This document shows positions 29,467 to 40,884 of a stretch of 64,000 nucleotides of DNA, in pieces (the first letter of the stretch is position 1; every line of letters starts with the position of its first letter). The stretch comes from a bacterium HR21 (GTDB lineage: Bacteria; Bacteroidota; Ignavibacteria; Kapaibacteriales; HRBIN21): contig BEHX01000001.1 of the NCBI GenBank assembly GCA_002898295.1, positions 265,473-329,472 on the forward strand. Direction: 5' to 3'. A model generated the notes under the pieces. It did not search any database. It was not told where the DNA came from and saw only the letters and a program-made list of their open reading frames with translations. The translations under genes and the position numbers were made by a program.

Positions 29467-29891
29467 TTGTTGCGCGCCCCTTCAGCAATCCAGCGGCGCA
29501 CACCACGGCGCTGGTTCTCTGTGCTCAGCTGCGATGGATCAGGCTGGTGCGGCAGCCGCCGCTCGAGGATCTGCTGCAGCACACTCTGATCCGGCTCTCC
29601 CGGCACGATCAACCCCGGGCGCTCCCATAGCTGCGCATACTCTTCCATGGCAACCCCACCGGCACGGCTCTGCGTACTGTGGCAACCGATCTGCGCACAA
29701 CTGGTACGGAGAAATGGCTGAACGTGCCGCCGGAAGCTCACGTTACTGTCGGGAAAGACCACCGCAGGCGGTCCAGCCGGGAAGGGTGCCTGCGTACAGC
29801 CCATGCAAGCGCACCCGAGACCCAGCAGCAGGAGAACTTCAGTAGCTTTCCTCCTCCGACGGGAAGCGCCGTGAGCGAACGTCATCGGCAT
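29463..29891 (-). CDS. PSCyt1-like (planctomycete-type cytochrome c domain) exported/lipoprotein with atypical C-x4-CH motif
   Basis: Signal peptide ...[33 protein letters not shown] ... [13 protein letters not shown] ... RRWIAEGA matches the PSCyt1 pattern, but the haem motif reads CAQIGCH (Cx4CH) instead of CxxCH. Confidence 0.45.
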   Translation of the reverse strand: MPMTFAHGASRRRRKATEVLLLLGLGCACMGCTQAPFPAGPPAVVFPDSNVSFRRHVQPFLRTSCAQIGCHSTQSRAGGVAMEEYAQLWERPGLIVPGEPDQSVLQQILERRLPHQPDPSQLSTENQRRGVRRWIAEGARNN

Positions 29892-30681
29892 AGCGGGCAA
29901 CTGCCTGTTGGATGCGTTCGGCAAGATTCTCGTAGCGGCGGACAAAGCGCGGGCGGAATTCCATCGTCAAGCCAAGCATATCGGTGTAGACCAAGACCTG
30001 CCCATCGCAGTAAACTCCGGCCCCAATTCCAATGGTCGGGATGGAGAGCGCTGCGGTGATGCGCCGTGCGAGCTCTGCCGGGATTTTCTCCAATACGATG
30101 GCAAAGGCACCGGCTTCCTGCAGCCGCTGAGCGTCTTGGAAAATCTGCTCTGCTTCTCTGGGCTCTGTGCCCCGCGCTCGATACGAACCGAATTGGTGGA
30201 TGCTCTGTGGTGTCAAGCCCAGGTGCCCCATGACGGGGATACCGATCGAGGTCATCCGCAGGACAAGCTCGGCAATCCATTCTCCCCCACCTTCGAGCTT
30301 GACTGCCCCGGCACCGCCTTCCTTCATGATGCGCCCAGCATTGCGCAATGCCTCCTCTGCTGAGACCTGGTAGCTCATGAAAGGCATATCGGTGACGACC
30401 AGCGCACGGCGTACCCCGCGGACGACCGCTTTCGTGTGGTAGATCATCTCATCGAGCGTCACCGGGAGTGTCGTTTCGTGCCCTTGGAAGACGTTCCCCA
30501 GGGAATCCCCTACGAGGATGACATCCACACCGACTTCGTCGAAAAGCCGTGCCATCAGGGCATCGTACGCCGTCAGGCAGACGATAGGTTGCCCGGCTTG
30601 CTTCATCTGGCGCAGGCGCAGGGTCGTCACTCGCCGAGGACGCTCCGCCGCTGCCTGCTCCTGAGACTGTGCAGGGTTCAT
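29839..30681 (-). CDS. panB: 3-methyl-2-oxobutanoate hydroxymethyltransferase
   Basis: [29 protein letters not shown] and downstream KLEGG motifs; 280 aa. Confidence 0.88.
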   Translation of the reverse strand: MNPAQSQEQAAAERPRRVTTLRLRQMKQAGQPIVCLTAYDALMARLFDEVGVDVILVGDSLGNVFQGHETTLPVTLDEMIYHTKAVVRGVRRALVVTDMPFMSYQVSAEEALRNAGRIMKEGGAGAVKLEGGGEWIAELVLRMTSIGIPVMGHLGLTPQSIHQFGSYRARGTEPREAEQIFQDAQRLQEAGAFAIVLEKIPAELARRITAALSIPTIGIGAGVYCDGQVLVYTDMLGLTMEFRPRFVRRYENLAERIQQAVARYADDVRSRRFPSEEESY

Positions 30682-33600
30682 CGTCCTGAGGGAGAGCAGA
30701 GCACTGTTCCACGGCGCACGCGGAGACCCTCACGGAGCTGCCACAGATAGACTCCCGCAACCGGAAGAGGTATCGTCCACACCGACCGTCCTGGAGGCAC
30801 CCATAGCTGGTGCCGCAGCTGCTCGCGCCCGAGCAGGTCGAAGAGGGCAAGCTCGAACTGATGCGCTCTGCCGGCACGAATCTCCACTTCCAGCCCTCCG
30901 GCGGGGAGCCAGCGGAAGTCGACGCTCGTTCCATCGTCGAACTCCGCCACGGCACTGCCTTGCCGTCCAACACCGGTCAGCAGTGTTTGCGCTGGCGAGC
31001 CCGCCGCCGTACTCGTCACCCGAAGGTATGCCGTCCGTGTGCCCGTCTGCACGGGAGTAAAGCGGATGCGCAGTGTGAACGTCCCTCCAGGCTGGAGCTC
31101 CAGCGGGAGCGTCGGCGGACTGAGGAGCTCATACTCACCTGCTGCGGCTGTCCCGGGCAGGAGGTCGAGGGAGAGGACACGAACGGCAGTGTCCCCGGTA
31201 TTCTGCAGCGTCAGGAGCCGCGTCCGAGAAAAGCCCACGTCAACCGTGTCGAAGTCTAGCTGTGCCGGAACACTGAGCTCCTTGCGGACGTTGGTCCGTG
31301 CATAGAGGAAGTCCAGGAAGCCGACAACACCACCGACCGTCCACAAGCGAGCCCGCGGCTCAATGGCTGTCCCAGCCCCGGTAGTTATCAGCGCCCCTGT
31401 TTCCATTGTCAGCACCGGACGCCAATTCTGCCCTAGATCCGCGCTTGCCATGACCGCCCCGTTGATACCCAGCAACACGATCTCCCAGGAATTCGGTGGG
31501 GCAAAGCCGTAGACCGGCACGAAGCCGAGGCTGCTGAGGTTAGCAACATTGACCTGCCAGGTGGCTCCTCCATCGGTGGAGGAAGCCACCATGTACGGGG
31601 CATTTTGGGCTGGAGTGGGGCGATAGACTGCAATCCCTTCGCGTCCGTTGCGGAAGATGACCTGTGTCACGTAGCCCGATACCCCGGGCAATTGACTCAC
31701 CTGCCAGTTCTGTCCGCGATTGGTGCTCCGGAAAACCCGTCCCGCTGTTGTCCCAAACCAGCAGGTATCCCCCAGCCAGCATACCGAGCCCACTAGCCCT
31801 GCCTCACCGCTGAGCGGTGGTGGAACGGCTGTCACCCGCTGCCAGCTCTGTCCTCCATTGGTCGTCCGCCCAATGCCCCAAGCAGAGCCAAGGGGGTCGC
31901 CGAGGAAAATCCCTTCGGTCGCGTCGAAAAAGCGGATGTCATTGACAAACGGTGTGATGCTCGCCACGGAAACCGCCTGCCACGACGCTCCACCGTCCTG
32001 CGTACGGTAGATTGCCGCTTGCCCGTCAGCGGGACCACTTCCGACAAACGCCCGCTGCTCGTCGAAGGCAAAGACAGCGTAAACGGGCACTGTTGCGACC
32101 TGCCCAGCGATCGGATTCCCACCCGGGGAGAAGCGCAGGAAAACACCCTGCTGTCCTCCGTATGTCCCAGCTGCCCAGAGCAAGTCCGGTCGTGGTGCAT
32201 GAGCCGCGTAGAAGGTGTAAGTGGCTGGCACGCCGAAGAAGGGCGTGTACTGGTTCTGGGTCGGCAGTTGCACTGGCAAACTCACGAAGAAGTAGTTCAC
32301 GTAGCCGGAGCCGGCATCGCGCACGGTCACCAAGAAGTTCACCGTGCCGGCATACCACGGATTGGTCGGACGGAGCTCAACGGTGAGCGTATCGCCTTTG
32401 ATTTCGCCATTGCCCATCGCCCCCAGCGCCTGCGTTGCCGGGGAGACGGTGGCATAGCCATCGAGCGACTGCACCTGGACCGTGACAGCCGTAGCCGGAC
32501 CGAGGTAATTCTTGAGGCGCAGCACGACCGTATGCGGCTCGTAGCTGCTCAGCGCCCCGCTCGGTGAGCTAATGAGGATCGGATCGCTTTCCGCCAGCCC
32601 TATCCCGGGCAAGCGAACCCCCTGGTCGAAGCGGCGATTGATGGACACAGCTCGCTGGGCATTGACGCGCCCGTAGTAGAGCGGATGCTGTGCTGGGTCA
32701 GAGGTCAACACATTCTCCGCCGTACTGCGCACCTGATGGAAAACCTGCATCGGAGTCCAGTCCGGATGGAGCGCCCGGACCAGCCCCGCAATACCGGCAA
32801 CGATGGGGCTGGAAAACGATGTTCCCGTGGCTGCCCCGTAGCCGTTGTTCGGGGTCGTGCTCAGGATGTCCTCACCCGGGGCATAGACTTGAACGCTCAC
32901 GCCGTAGTTACTCCAGCTGGCTACCCGGTCTGCCTGGTTTGTGCCCCCAACACTGAGCACCCCAGGATACGAGGCAGGATAGAAGGGGACAGCGTCGATG
33001 TTCGTACCATTGTTGCCAACTCCGGCTACGATGAGCGAGCCAAGAGCGAGAGCTTGCTGGATGATTTGGTACTCCGTTGCGCTCCCGCCTGCCCCACCCC
33101 AGCTGATGTTGATGACTTTCGCCCCAAGCTGGGCAGCGTAGAGGATTGCCTCGTAACCACGCCAGACACCGGGCGTCTGCGGGTTATCAGAAGCGCACTT
33201 GATGAGGATGAGCCGACAGCGGAAGCCCGTCGAGGCAACACCCTTGGTATTGTCTGTCACCGCGCTGGCACATCCCGCCGTCTGGGTCCCGTGGGCCAGA
33301 ACGCCGGAAGCCGATGGACGAACCTTGGGATCGTTATCTTCCTGAAACTGCCCAGCGAGTGCTTGGCTGAGGGTAATGTTGCCGACAAAGTCCCAGCCCC
33401 GAACATCATCCACTTTGCCGTTGCCGTCGTCATCAACTCCATTGCCCGGAACTTCGCGGGGATTGCGCCACACATTGGCGCTCAGGTCCTCGTGTTCCCA
33501 GTCGGTTCCCGTGTCAATGATGGCGATACTGACCGAGGTATCGCCCCGCGTGACGTCCCAGGCACCCGGGGCAGCGACCTGCAGCAGATGCCACTGCTGC

Positions 33601-34094
33601 GAGAATCGGGGATCGTTCGGCGTATAGAGCGGAAACCGCCAGTAGAGGGGTTCGGCATACTCTACTTCGGGATTGCCCACAAGCGCGCGGCAGACATCGT
33701 AGGGATCAACTGGCGCTGCGTACCACACCTCGTAGAGTCGTCCCAGCCCGAAGAGATCCGCCTGCTGGAGTGAGGTGGCATACTCCGGAAACGGCTGCCG
33801 AATGAGGCGAACCTCAAGCGGGTCGAGTACCTGCGAGAGCGCCGTTGAGGTGAAGCCCCGCGCCCCTTTCGGCAGGACGAATGCGCGCCGTGTCTTGAGG
33901 AGTACAACACCCGGCACGTACTGCTGCGGGTTCCGGTTTACCCAGAAGACCATCGGAACAGTAGTCATCCCGTTGGAGAGCGTCCGCGCGCCGACCAGGA
34001 TGGGAATACCCCCCTCTTGCACCCGACGCTCCGGAGGAAGCGCTGCCGATAGCTCTGCCACAAGGAGGAAAATGCCGAGCAACAGCCGTCCCAT
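30678..34094 (-). CDS. Subtilisin-family (S8) serine peptidase with BNR/sortilin-like beta-propeller region and T9SS C-terminal sorting domain
   Basis: Catalytic triad contexts [14 protein letters not shown] (Asp), [11 protein letters not shown] (His) and [15 protein letters not shown] (Ser). C-terminal repeats with TTDGGATW/GGQSWQ (BNR). Terminal [24 protein letters not shown] is CTD-like. Start set at [20 protein letters not shown]. Confidence 0.82.
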   Translation of the reverse strand: MGRLLLGIFLLVAELSAALPPERRVQEGGIPILVGARTLSNGMTTVPMVFWVNRNPQQYVPGVVLLKTRRAFVLPKGARGFTSTALSQVLDPLEVRLIRQPFPEYATSLQQADLFGLGRLYEVWYAAPVDPYDVCRALVGNPEVEYAEPLYWRFPLYTPNDPRFSQQWHLLQVAAPGAWDVTRGDTSVSIAIIDTGTDWEHEDLSANVWRNPREVPGNGVDDDGNGKVDDVRGWDFVGNITLSQALAGQFQEDNDPKVRPSASGVLAHGTQTAGCASAVTDNTKGVASTGFRCRLILIKCASDNPQTPGVWRGYEAILYAAQLGAKVINISWGGAGGSATEYQIIQQALALGSLIVAGVGNNGTNIDAVPFYPASYPGVLSVGGTNQADRVASWSNYGVSVQVYAPGEDILSTTPNNGYGAATGTSFSSPIVAGIAGLVRALHPDWTPMQVFHQVRSTAENVLTSDPAQHPLYYGRVNAQRAVSINRRFDQGVRLPGIGLAESDPILISSPSGALSSYEPHTVVLRLKNYLGPATAVTVQVQSLDGYATVSPATQALGAMGNGEIKGDTLTVELRPTNPWYAGTVNFLVTVRDAGSGYVNYFFVSLPVQLPTQNQYTPFFGVPATYTFYAAHAPRPDLLWAAGTYGGQQGVFLRFSPGGNPIAGQVATVPVYAVFAFDEQRAFVGSGPADGQAAIYRTQDGGASWQAVSVASITPFVNDIRFFDATEGIFLGDPLGSAWGIGRTTNGGQSWQRVTAVPPPLSGEAGLVGSVCWLGDTCWFGTTAGRVFRSTNRGQNWQVSQLPGVSGYVTQVIFRNGREGIAVYRPTPAQNAPYMVASSTDGGATWQVNVANLSSLGFVPVYGFAPPNSWEIVLLGINGAVMASADLGQNWRPVLTMETGALITTGAGTAIEPRARLWTVGGVVGFLDFLYARTNVRKELSVPAQLDFDTVDVGFSRTRLLTLQNTGDTAVRVLSLDLLPGTAAAGEYELLSPPTLPLELQPGGTFTLRIRFTPVQTGTRTAYLRVTSTAAGSPAQTLLTGVGRQGSAVAEFDDGTSVDFRWLPAGGLEVEIRAGRAHQFELALFDLLGREQLRHQLWVPPGRSVWTIPLPVAGVYLWQLREGLRVRRGTVLCSPSGR

Positions 34095-34113
34095 AGAGAA
34101 ACTCCCCGCGGTT

Positions 34114-36042
34114 TCACAGCTCCTGGTGCACGACGACACTGTATCCATCCGCACGGTTTCCCGCAAAAATAACCGAGTAGCGCCGTCCCAGAGGGAAGAG
34201 CACATTGTCAACCCGGGCCAGGAGGTTCCCGCTGCCACTGTCACGGATGCGAAAGCTCAAGCGGTACTCCAGCGGGATAAGCTCAAACGGCGAAGCCATT
34301 CCCCGCGGTAGCCCACGGAGTAAGGTGTACTCGCTCCGCTGCCCGCCCACGAGTGTATCAATGACCACATCCACCGCTGCGACATCACTGGCATTGAGAA
34401 AGCGGCGGTATGCTCCCCAAGGACCCTCCCACCGTCGCGGCGTAGCAAAACGGAACAGAACCGGCGCGTCCACTGTCCCTGAGATCACAAGCAGCGGGAC
34501 TGAATCTATCACCGGTACAAGTCCCCACCGCTCTCCCTCGACACTCAGCTGGCTCCCCCCAGGCGGCACAACTGTCACCGCAACCGTCCGATACGGCAGA
34601 CGCACCGATTGGAGCGCCGGCGGTAGCTCTACCTGCACGACAGCAGGAATCCCTTGGAAGAGCTGGACGGGATATCCCTCAGGCAACGGGGACACTGCCG
34701 TATTCTCCGCCTCATCGCTTACCCAAGCGAGCCCAATCCCGAACGGGCGCAGGGAATCCGGCACGACACAGAGCAGCCCACTTTGCTCGGGAGCAAACGG
34801 AGAGAGCGCCGTGCTGAGCACCGTATTGGGGAAATCTCGCTCCTGGAGCAGGAGCGGGACCTCTCCGAACGTGCTCAGAGGCACCGGCTCGCTGACATCT
34901 CCGAAGAGCATGCCTTCGGAGAGCACAATTCCGCTGGTGAAGCGCTCCCCCGAGCCCATCGCTCCGAGAACGATCCGTACCGGCGGGGCTCCCCACACTC
35001 CATGGAGCAACCGTACCCACGCCCTCCCGGAGGCTGGAAGCTCCGTGCGTCCGATCCATCCCCACAGCTGGCTTGCAGAATCCGCCACAACCAGTGTGAA
35101 ATCCCGAAACGGCTCCAGGCTCGCCGTCACCGCGTGCGTCCGTCCGGAAGCCGTCGTGACCCAGAAGCTATCGCGTTCGATCCCGATACATGCGGGCACC
35201 GGCACGTACGAGCTAACCCACCGGGGAACAACATCAGCCGCAATCGTCTGCCCGCTGGCACGGTGAACGAGGGTAAGGACCTCGCTACTGAGATTGAGCA
35301 GGCGAACGCGGGCAACGGCTCCCTCAACGGGTTCAGGTTCCTGCAGACGCTGAGCACCCATTTGCCGCTCGTCGAGCAGCCCCACGCGCACTGTCCCTGC
35401 TGCTCCCCAGACCAGGAGTGAGTACAGGCTTTCCCGGTCCAGTCGAAGACGCCATGACCCACGCACCTTCGGTCCATTCCCTGCCTCTTCCACCACCGTC
35501 ACCACGAAAGGACGCCCAAAGGGGACCGCAACCGGGGCAGATTCCCCCACCGGTCCAATCCAACCCGTCACCAGCGGCGCATTCGGGCAGCCGAACTGGA
35601 GCCCGTAGAAGTTCCCCGTTGCCGCGACATTGAGCAGGCGCAGCGAACCACCCGGCAGACCCAGAGGCTGGAGAAACACTCCCACCGTATCCCGCCCGCC
35701 AACTGTAGTGACCACCAGCAGATGCAGCATCTGCCGCAGGAAGCGCACAGTCTGGTGCGCTGTGAGCTGCTCCCCACGGAAGACCCGGAGCGGCAGCGAA
35801 TCCCGCACAACCACCCACACCCCCGTTCGCTCCCCCGGCAGAAGCTCAACGCTGGTATCCCCGAGGACAACCCGGCGGCTCTGCCCATCGGAGGCCACGG
35901 AGAGGACTGCCACCAGCATGCTGTCCGCGGTCCGCGGAGGCTCCAGCAGGAAAGGGTTTTCCGAGGGGCATCCTCCAAGGAAGAGGAAACTGCCGAGCAG
36001 CCCAATACGCAGGAGGAGTCGTCTCATCCGTCTTGTAGGCAC
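34114..36042 (-). CDS. DUF4397-like repeat lipoprotein
   Basis: Lipoprotein signal ...[10 protein letters not shown]. At least 4 repeats of the DUF4397-like pattern ([62 protein letters not shown]). Confidence 0.5.
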   Translation of the reverse strand: MPTRRMRRLLLRIGLLGSFLFLGGCPSENPFLLEPPRTADSMLVAVLSVASDGQSRRVVLGDTSVELLPGERTGVWVVVRDSLPLRVFRGEQLTAHQTVRFLRQMLHLLVVTTVGGRDTVGVFLQPLGLPGGSLRLLNVAATGNFYGLQFGCPNAPLVTGWIGPVGESAPVAVPFGRPFVVTVVEEAGNGPKVRGSWRLRLDRESLYSLLVWGAAGTVRVGLLDERQMGAQRLQEPEPVEGAVARVRLLNLSSEVLTLVHRASGQTIAADVVPRWVSSYVPVPACIGIERDSFWVTTASGRTHAVTASLEPFRDFTLVVADSASQLWGWIGRTELPASGRAWVRLLHGVWGAPPVRIVLGAMGSGERFTSGIVLSEGMLFGDVSEPVPLSTFGEVPLLLQERDFPNTVLSTALSPFAPEQSGLLCVVPDSLRPFGIGLAWVSDEAENTAVSPLPEGYPVQLFQGIPAVVQVELPPALQSVRLPYRTVAVTVVPPGGSQLSVEGERWGLVPVIDSVPLLVISGTVDAPVLFRFATPRRWEGPWGAYRRFLNASDVAAVDVVIDTLVGGQRSEYTLLRGLPRGMASPFELIPLEYRLSFRIRDSGSGNLLARVDNVLFPLGRRYSVIFAGNRADGYSVVVHQEL

Positions 36043-36071
36043 GGCACCAGACGCAAATTACGCATCCGGCA

Positions 36072-37172
36072 ATGGAGCATCCTCTGGAGCACGCGGCACG
36101 CACTCTCCTGGAGCGCTATCGGGCACTCCATGCTCAGCTGGAAGACCCCCATGTTGCCTCCGACCCGCGGCAAGCAGTAGCGGTCGCCCGGGAATTGAAA
36201 CGCCTGCGCCCAGCTGCCGAGTGCGCCGAGCACTACCTCCGACTCTGCCAAGAGGAGCATTCCACACGGGAGCTGTTGGAAAGAGAGTCCGATCCCGACC
36301 TGCGGCAACTAGCAGCCGAGGAACTGCACCGCATCGAAGAGCTCCTGGAGCATGCAGCCGAGAAACTGCGCTTGGCTCTGTTACCGACTGACCCCGATGA
36401 CAGCCGGAACTGCGTGGTTGAAATCCGCGCCGGAACCGGCGGTGAGGAAGCCGCCCTCTTCGCCGCCGACCTCTTCCGCATTTACCAACGCTACGCTGAA
36501 CGCAAAGGCTGGAAGCTCGACATTGTGGATGTCAGCGAAAGCGACTTAGGCGGCTTCAAGGAGATCATCTTCACCCTCAGCGGTGAGGACGTCTACGGCA
36601 CGATGAAGTACGAAAGCGGTGTCCACCGCGTCCAACGGGTGCCGGTGACGGAATCCAGCGGACGTATCCACACTTCCGCTGCGACCGTTGCCGTTCTGCC
36701 GGAAGCCGAAGACGTAGACATCGAGCTCCGCGAGGAAGACCTCCGCATCGACGTCTTCCGTGCCAGCGGGCACGGAGGGCAAAACGTCAACAAAGTGGAG
36801 ACAGCCGTTCGCATCGTCCACATCCCCACCGGCATCGTTGTCCAGTGTCAAGACGAACGCTCGCAACACCGCAATCGGGAAAAAGCTCTCAGAGTCCTCC
36901 GAGCACGCCTCTACGAACTCCAGCGTCGGCAACAGGAAGAGCAGCTTGCCCACCAGCGCCGAAGCCAAATCCGCACAGGAGATCGTTCGGAGAAAATCCG
37001 CACGTACAACTTTCCGCAAAACCGTGTCACCGACCACCGCCTGCCCAACGAGGTGAAGAATTTCCCGCTCACGGAGGTGCTCGAAGGAAAGCTCGATCCC
37101 ATCATCGAGCAGCTCAAGCTCCTGGAGCGCACGACCCAGCTGCAGCAGCTGCAGCAGACACTGGAGAGCTGA
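36072..37172 (+). CDS. prfA: Peptide chain release factor 1
   Basis: GGQ motif in [26 protein letters not shown]; the PxT-type codon-recognition region is present. Confidence 0.92.
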   Translation: MEHPLEHAARTLLERYRALHAQLEDPHVASDPRQAVAVARELKRLRPAAECAEHYLRLCQEEHSTRELLERESDPDLRQLAAEELHRIEELLEHAAEKLRLALLPTDPDDSRNCVVEIRAGTGGEEAALFAADLFRIYQRYAERKGWKLDIVDVSESDLGGFKEIIFTLSGEDVYGTMKYESGVHRVQRVPVTESSGRIHTSAATVAVLPEAEDVDIELREEDLRIDVFRASGHGGQNVNKVETAVRIVHIPTGIVVQCQDERSQHRNREKALRVLRARLYELQRRQQEEQLAHQRRSQIRTGDRSEKIRTYNFPQNRVTDHRLPNEVKNFPLTEVLEGKLDPIIEQLKLLERTTQLQQLQQTLES

Positions 37173-37174
37173 CA

Positions 37175-37687
37175 ATGGAACACCCTCCACGCGTCCGCCG
37201 CGGAGTTTTCGTGGATGTCCAGAATCTCTTCTACTGCGTCCGCAGTGTCTTCGCACGCAGCCGCCTCAATTACGAAGCCCTCAAGGAGTTCTTCGCTACC
37301 CCTGAGGCGACCACCTTCTTCGTCGCTTTCAGCTACTACGACCCCGAAGCAGAACGGCAGCGGAATTTCCTGAGCGCACTGGCGCTCATGGGCTACCGCG
37401 TCATCGCCAAGCCCATCCGCCGGCTCGCCGATGGCACCATCAAGGCGAACATGGACATCGAGATGACGCTGGAAATCCTGACTACGGCTACCTATCTGGA
37501 CGAGGTCGTGCTCATCACCGGCGATGGTGACTTCGCTCCGTTAGCGTCCTATCTTGCCCGGCAAGGGAAACGGGTCATCGTCGTCGGTCCAGACCAGCTG
37601 ACCGCCACAGAGCTGATCTACGCCTGCCACGAGTTCCACAACCTCTCGCACATCCCGAATGTCATCGAGCTGGAAGAGGCATTCTGA
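37175..37687 (+). CDS. NYN-domain (LabA/DUF88-like) protein, probable RNase-fold protein
   Basis: [10 protein letters not shown] ... [12 protein letters not shown] ... matches the NYN/LabA PIN-like signature. Its ATG lies 2 nt after the prfA stop (translational coupling). It occupies the position usually held by prmC. Confidence 0.7.
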   Translation: MEHPPRVRRGVFVDVQNLFYCVRSVFARSRLNYEALKEFFATPEATTFFVAFSYYDPEAERQRNFLSALALMGYRVIAKPIRRLADGTIKANMDIEMTLEILTTATYLDEVVLITGDGDFAPLASYLARQGKRVIVVGPDQLTATELIYACHEFHNLSHIPNVIELEEAF

Positions 37688-37721
37688 AAAACAGCGGGCA
37701 TCCCCTACTGAGGATGCCCGC
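37688..37721 (-). terminator. Rho-independent terminator (serves the minus-strand tRNA-Pro; possibly bidirectional)
   Basis: Perfect 10-bp stem GCGGGCATCC/GGATGCCCGC (37694..37703 / 37712..37721) with an 8-nt loop. On the minus strand it is followed by TGTTTTT. Confidence 0.75.
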
Positions 37722-37728
37722 CACTGTG

Positions 37729-37802
37729 TCGGGGTGAGAGGATTCGAACCTCCGGCCCCTGCGTCCCGAACACAGTGCTCTACCAGGCTGAGCTACACCC
37801 CG
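37729..37802 (-). tRNA. tRNA-Pro (anticodon CGG)
   Basis: Reverse complement CGGGGTGTAGCTCAGCCTGGTAGAGCACTGTGTTCGGGACGCAGGGGCCGGAGGTTCGAATCCTCTCACCCCGA folds as a cloverleaf: 7-bp acceptor stem, GGTTCGAATCC T-arm, anticodon loop TTCGGGA giving CGG. CCA is not encoded. Confidence 0.85.
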
Positions 37803-37860
37803 ACGACACGCAAAATTAGCACTCCCGTTGTGAATATCTCAGCTTGCACGCCACGCAGCT

Positions 37861-40029
37861 ATGCATGACTACTCCCTCACCCTTGTCCTCCCCTGGTGGG
37901 GCATCCTGGGCACTCTCGCGCTCGCCGTAGGCATCAGCCTCTGGGCATACGGACGCCCTCTACCACCACTGCTTCCACGGCAGCGGCTGCTGTTGGGAAT
38001 GCTGCGGGCACTGGCTCTGTCCACGCTCGTTGTGGCACTCTGGCAGCCCGTCATGAGGATCTCCAGCAGCCACCGCGAAGAACCCCGCGTCGCCGTCTTG
38101 CTCGACAATTCCGCTTCAATGCGTCTGCAAGATGCTTCCGGCTCGCGGGCAGAACGCTACCGAAGCGCTCTACAGCAGCTCCACGACCTCCTGGTCGACC
38201 AGCGAGCCCATCTCCTGCGCTTCGATGCCTCGGTTCGTCCGCTCGAGCGCTGGCACCCGGACTCCCTGTCACTGGATGGGATTGCAACGAACTTCGCCCA
38301 CGCCTTCCGCTGGGTTGCCAGCGAGGCTCGCACGAGTCACCTCCGGGCTGTACTCCTGCTCAGCGATGGTGTTGTCACCGCTGGAGAATCGCCCGTACCT
38401 GAGGCCGAAGCCCTTGGAATCCCGATCGTCACCGTCTTGGTCGGTGACACTACACCGCAGCGCGACGCTGCCGTACAGAGTCTCCTTGCCAACGAGCGCA
38501 TCCCGCTTGGGAGCCGCAGTGAGGTCTTCGTCTCCTTGAGTGCCGACCAGCTCGGTGGCGAAACCGCCCAGCTTGAACTCTGGGAAGATGATCGCCGCCT
38601 TGCAACTGTCAGCCTCCCGCTGCGCTCTGAGCAGCGCCTCTATACGGTGCGGTTTCCCTACGAGCCGAAGACCGAAGGGATACACCAGCTGCGCGTCCGC
38701 ATTCTCCCCCTGCCGGGTGAACGTAGCCGGCGGAATAACGAAGCCCGCACATTCGTGGATGTCGTCCGTGTTTCCCGTCGACTACTGCTCTTTGCTGGCT
38801 CGCCCAGCCCCGATTTGGCATTCCTCCGACGCGAGCTGCAGCGCAATCCACTCCTGCAACTCTCCACCTTTGTCCACAAGGATGGCGCTTCGTTCTACGA
38901 AGGCGAGCCCTCTGCCGAGCTCCTCCGCCAGGCCGATGCGCTGCTCTTGCTGGACTTCCCGACCCGAACAACCCCCGAGCCGCTCGTCCGGGCACTCGTC
39001 GAGATTGCCTCCAAGGGTTGCCCTATCGCCTACATTGCCGGACCCCTGACTGACCCTCGCAAACTCCGCCTTCTGGAAAGCGTGCTGCCCATCACTGTGC
39101 GAGCACCCGGCTCCCTGAGAGAGCTCACCGCTACCCTGCACCCTACCCCCTCAGGGGCTCTCCATCCACTCCTGAAGCTTCCCGAAGAGACTGCACCCAG
39201 CGCTTGGAACCAACTGCCGCCCCTCTTCCTCGTCAGCGGCTTGGCGCAACCGAAGCCGACAGCCGAGCTCCTGGCAGTTGCCCACGCAAGCGTTGTCCAA
39301 GAACCGCTGCTGCTTGTGCAACAGCAGCCCGTCCGCAGCGTTGCCCTCCTCGGGTACGGTCTCTACCGGTGGAAGCTCATGGGGTATGCTGCCGAGCTTG
39401 CCCGCGGGCGGGTGCAACAGCCAGACTACCTGGCAACATTCGTTACTCAGTTGACGCAATGGCTCCTGAGCACGCCTCGGGAACGGCTCCTGCGCATCCG
39501 CACCACGCAGCGCCTCTACATCGCCGGCGAGCCGATCCAGTTCTGGGCTTCCCTGACCGACCCGCTGGGCAACCCGATAGACGAGGCAACCGTTCGGCTC
39601 CGCATCACGGGCACTGCAAGCTCCCGGGAACTGCTCCTCTCACCTTCGGGGCAAGGGACGTACCAGGGAACGCTTCCCGAGTTGCCCAGCGGCGAGTACA
39701 CCTTCACCGGTGAGGCACTCCTGCAGGGCACACGGCTCGGGACAGACCGAGGACATTTCAGCGTCGGGGACATCGGACTGGAGGAACGCTCGCTGCGAGC
39801 CGATGCAGAACTCCTGCAGACGCTGGCACAACGGACCGGCGGAGCATTCTTCCTGGCAGACTCCGCCTCCCAGGCATGGAAATTCATCCAGCAGCTGCCA
39901 GGCTTCCGTCCCGTCATCATGGATGTCCGCCGAGAGCTTGCCCTCTGGTACTCTCCCTGGCTCCTGGTCGCTGCCCTGCTGGGATTTTCAGCCGAGTGGA
40001 TTCTCCGGCGCCGTTGGGGCGTGCTCTGA
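37861..40029 (+). CDS. vWA-domain membrane protein with N-terminal double-TM (BatA-like) domain
   Basis: N-terminal two TM helices (WWGILGTLALAVGISLWAY; LGMLRALALSTLVVALW); VAVLLDNSASM (vWA/MIDAS-like start); C-terminal TM (LLVAALLGF). Confidence 0.5.
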   Translation: MHDYSLTLVLPWWGILGTLALAVGISLWAYGRPLPPLLPRQRLLLGMLRALALSTLVVALWQPVMRISSSHREEPRVAVLLDNSASMRLQDASGSRAERYRSALQQLHDLLVDQRAHLLRFDASVRPLERWHPDSLSLDGIATNFAHAFRWVASEARTSHLRAVLLLSDGVVTAGESPVPEAEALGIPIVTVLVGDTTPQRDAAVQSLLANERIPLGSRSEVFVSLSADQLGGETAQLELWEDDRRLATVSLPLRSEQRLYTVRFPYEPKTEGIHQLRVRILPLPGERSRRNNEARTFVDVVRVSRRLLLFAGSPSPDLAFLRRELQRNPLLQLSTFVHKDGASFYEGEPSAELLRQADALLLLDFPTRTTPEPLVRALVEIASKGCPIAYIAGPLTDPRKLRLLESVLPITVRAPGSLRELTATLHPTPSGALHPLLKLPEETAPSAWNQLPPLFLVSGLAQPKPTAELLAVAHASVVQEPLLLVQQQPVRSVALLGYGLYRWKLMGYAAELARGRVQQPDYLATFVTQLTQWLLSTPRERLLRIRTTQRLYIAGEPIQFWASLTDPLGNPIDEATVRLRITGTASSRELLLSPSGQGTYQGTLPELPSGEYTFTGEALLQGTRLGTDRGHFSVGDIGLEERSLRADAELLQTLAQRTGGAFFLADSASQAWKFIQQLPGFRPVIMDVRRELALWYSPWLLVAALLGFSAEWILRRRWGVL

Positions 40030-40884
40030 CACCCAAGCTCGGCGGAGCTGGTGCCATGCCAGCACAAGCCCCAGCTCTGCCCCCGCTGCCAAGGCAATCC
40101 AGCCGGAAATCGCTCCGCCGATGGCACCAGATAACCCATAGCCTACCACGGCACTCACCGCCCCGAAGAGTGCTGCAGCTCCAATCATCACCGGTAACGA
40201 CACGCGGAGCAGCCGCGCAGCTGCTGCGGGCACGACGAGCAGGGCGACAATGAGGATCGCCCCGACCAGCTCAAACCCCACCACCGTCACCACGGCAGTC
40301 AGTCCCAACAGTACTCCCTGCCACCGCCTCGGCACAATCCCCAGCACAGCCGCACATTCCGGATCAAACAGGCTCAGCACCAAGCGCCGGTAGCCCAGCA
40401 CGAGCACGATCACAACCACCACCAGCAATCCAAGGGCAGTCAGCAGCGCCCTCGGCGCCGCTACGCCCCCACCGAAGAGCAGCACCGTATCGAGTGGCAC
40501 ATAGGCAAGCTCGCCGTAGAGGACACACTCCACGTCCAAATCCACCTGAGCCGCCACGGAAGAGAGGGAAAGCACCCCGACAGCGAAGAAACTGCTCAAC
40601 ACCGCCGCTAGGGCTGCATCGCTGGACCATCCGAAGCGGTGTTGGAGAAGCTGCACCAGCAGCAATGCAGCAATAGCGCTGCCCCCTGCCCCGAGCAGCA
40701 TAATAGGAAGCTCCCGTACCCCGCTCCAGAGGTATGCCAGCACAATTCCCGGCACAACCGCGTGCGAGATCACATCACCTAGCAGCACCATCCGGCGCAG
40801 AAGGAGAAAGCTCCCTAAAAGCGCACACACCACCGCCAAGACCACAGCCGTCAGCACAATGGCCCAATTGACCGCTGCCATCAT
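39988..40884 (-). CDS. Metal (Mn/Zn/Fe, TroA-type) ABC transporter permease
   Basis: ABC-3 family permease (MMAAVNWAIVLTAVVLAVVCALLGSFLLLRRMVLLGDVISHAV...). ORF 39988..41202 trimmed to the internal start, because the Cys-rich N-extension overlaps the upstream gene. Confidence 0.78.
   Translation of the reverse strand: MMAAVNWAIVLTAVVLAVVCALLGSFLLLRRMVLLGDVISHAVVPGIVLAYLWSGVRELPIMLLGAGGSAIAALLLVQLLQHRFGWSSDAALAAVLSSFFAVGVLSLSSVAAQVDLDVECVLYGELAYVPLDTVLLFGGGVAAPRALLTALGLLVVVVIVLVLGYRRLVLSLFDPECAAVLGIVPRRWQGVLLGLTAVVTVVGFELVGAILIVALLVVPAAAARLLRVSLPVMIGAAALFGAVSAVVGYGLSGAIGGAISGWIALAAGAELGLVLAWHQLRRAWVSEHAPTAPENPLG

Noticed and set aside
37688-37802. tRNA-Pro as a possible integration site for a mobile element or prophage
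   Set aside because: No integrase, recombinase, transposase or direct repeat of the tRNA 3' end within several kb. Flanking genes (prfA/NYN, vWA protein, metal transporter) are chromosomal in character.
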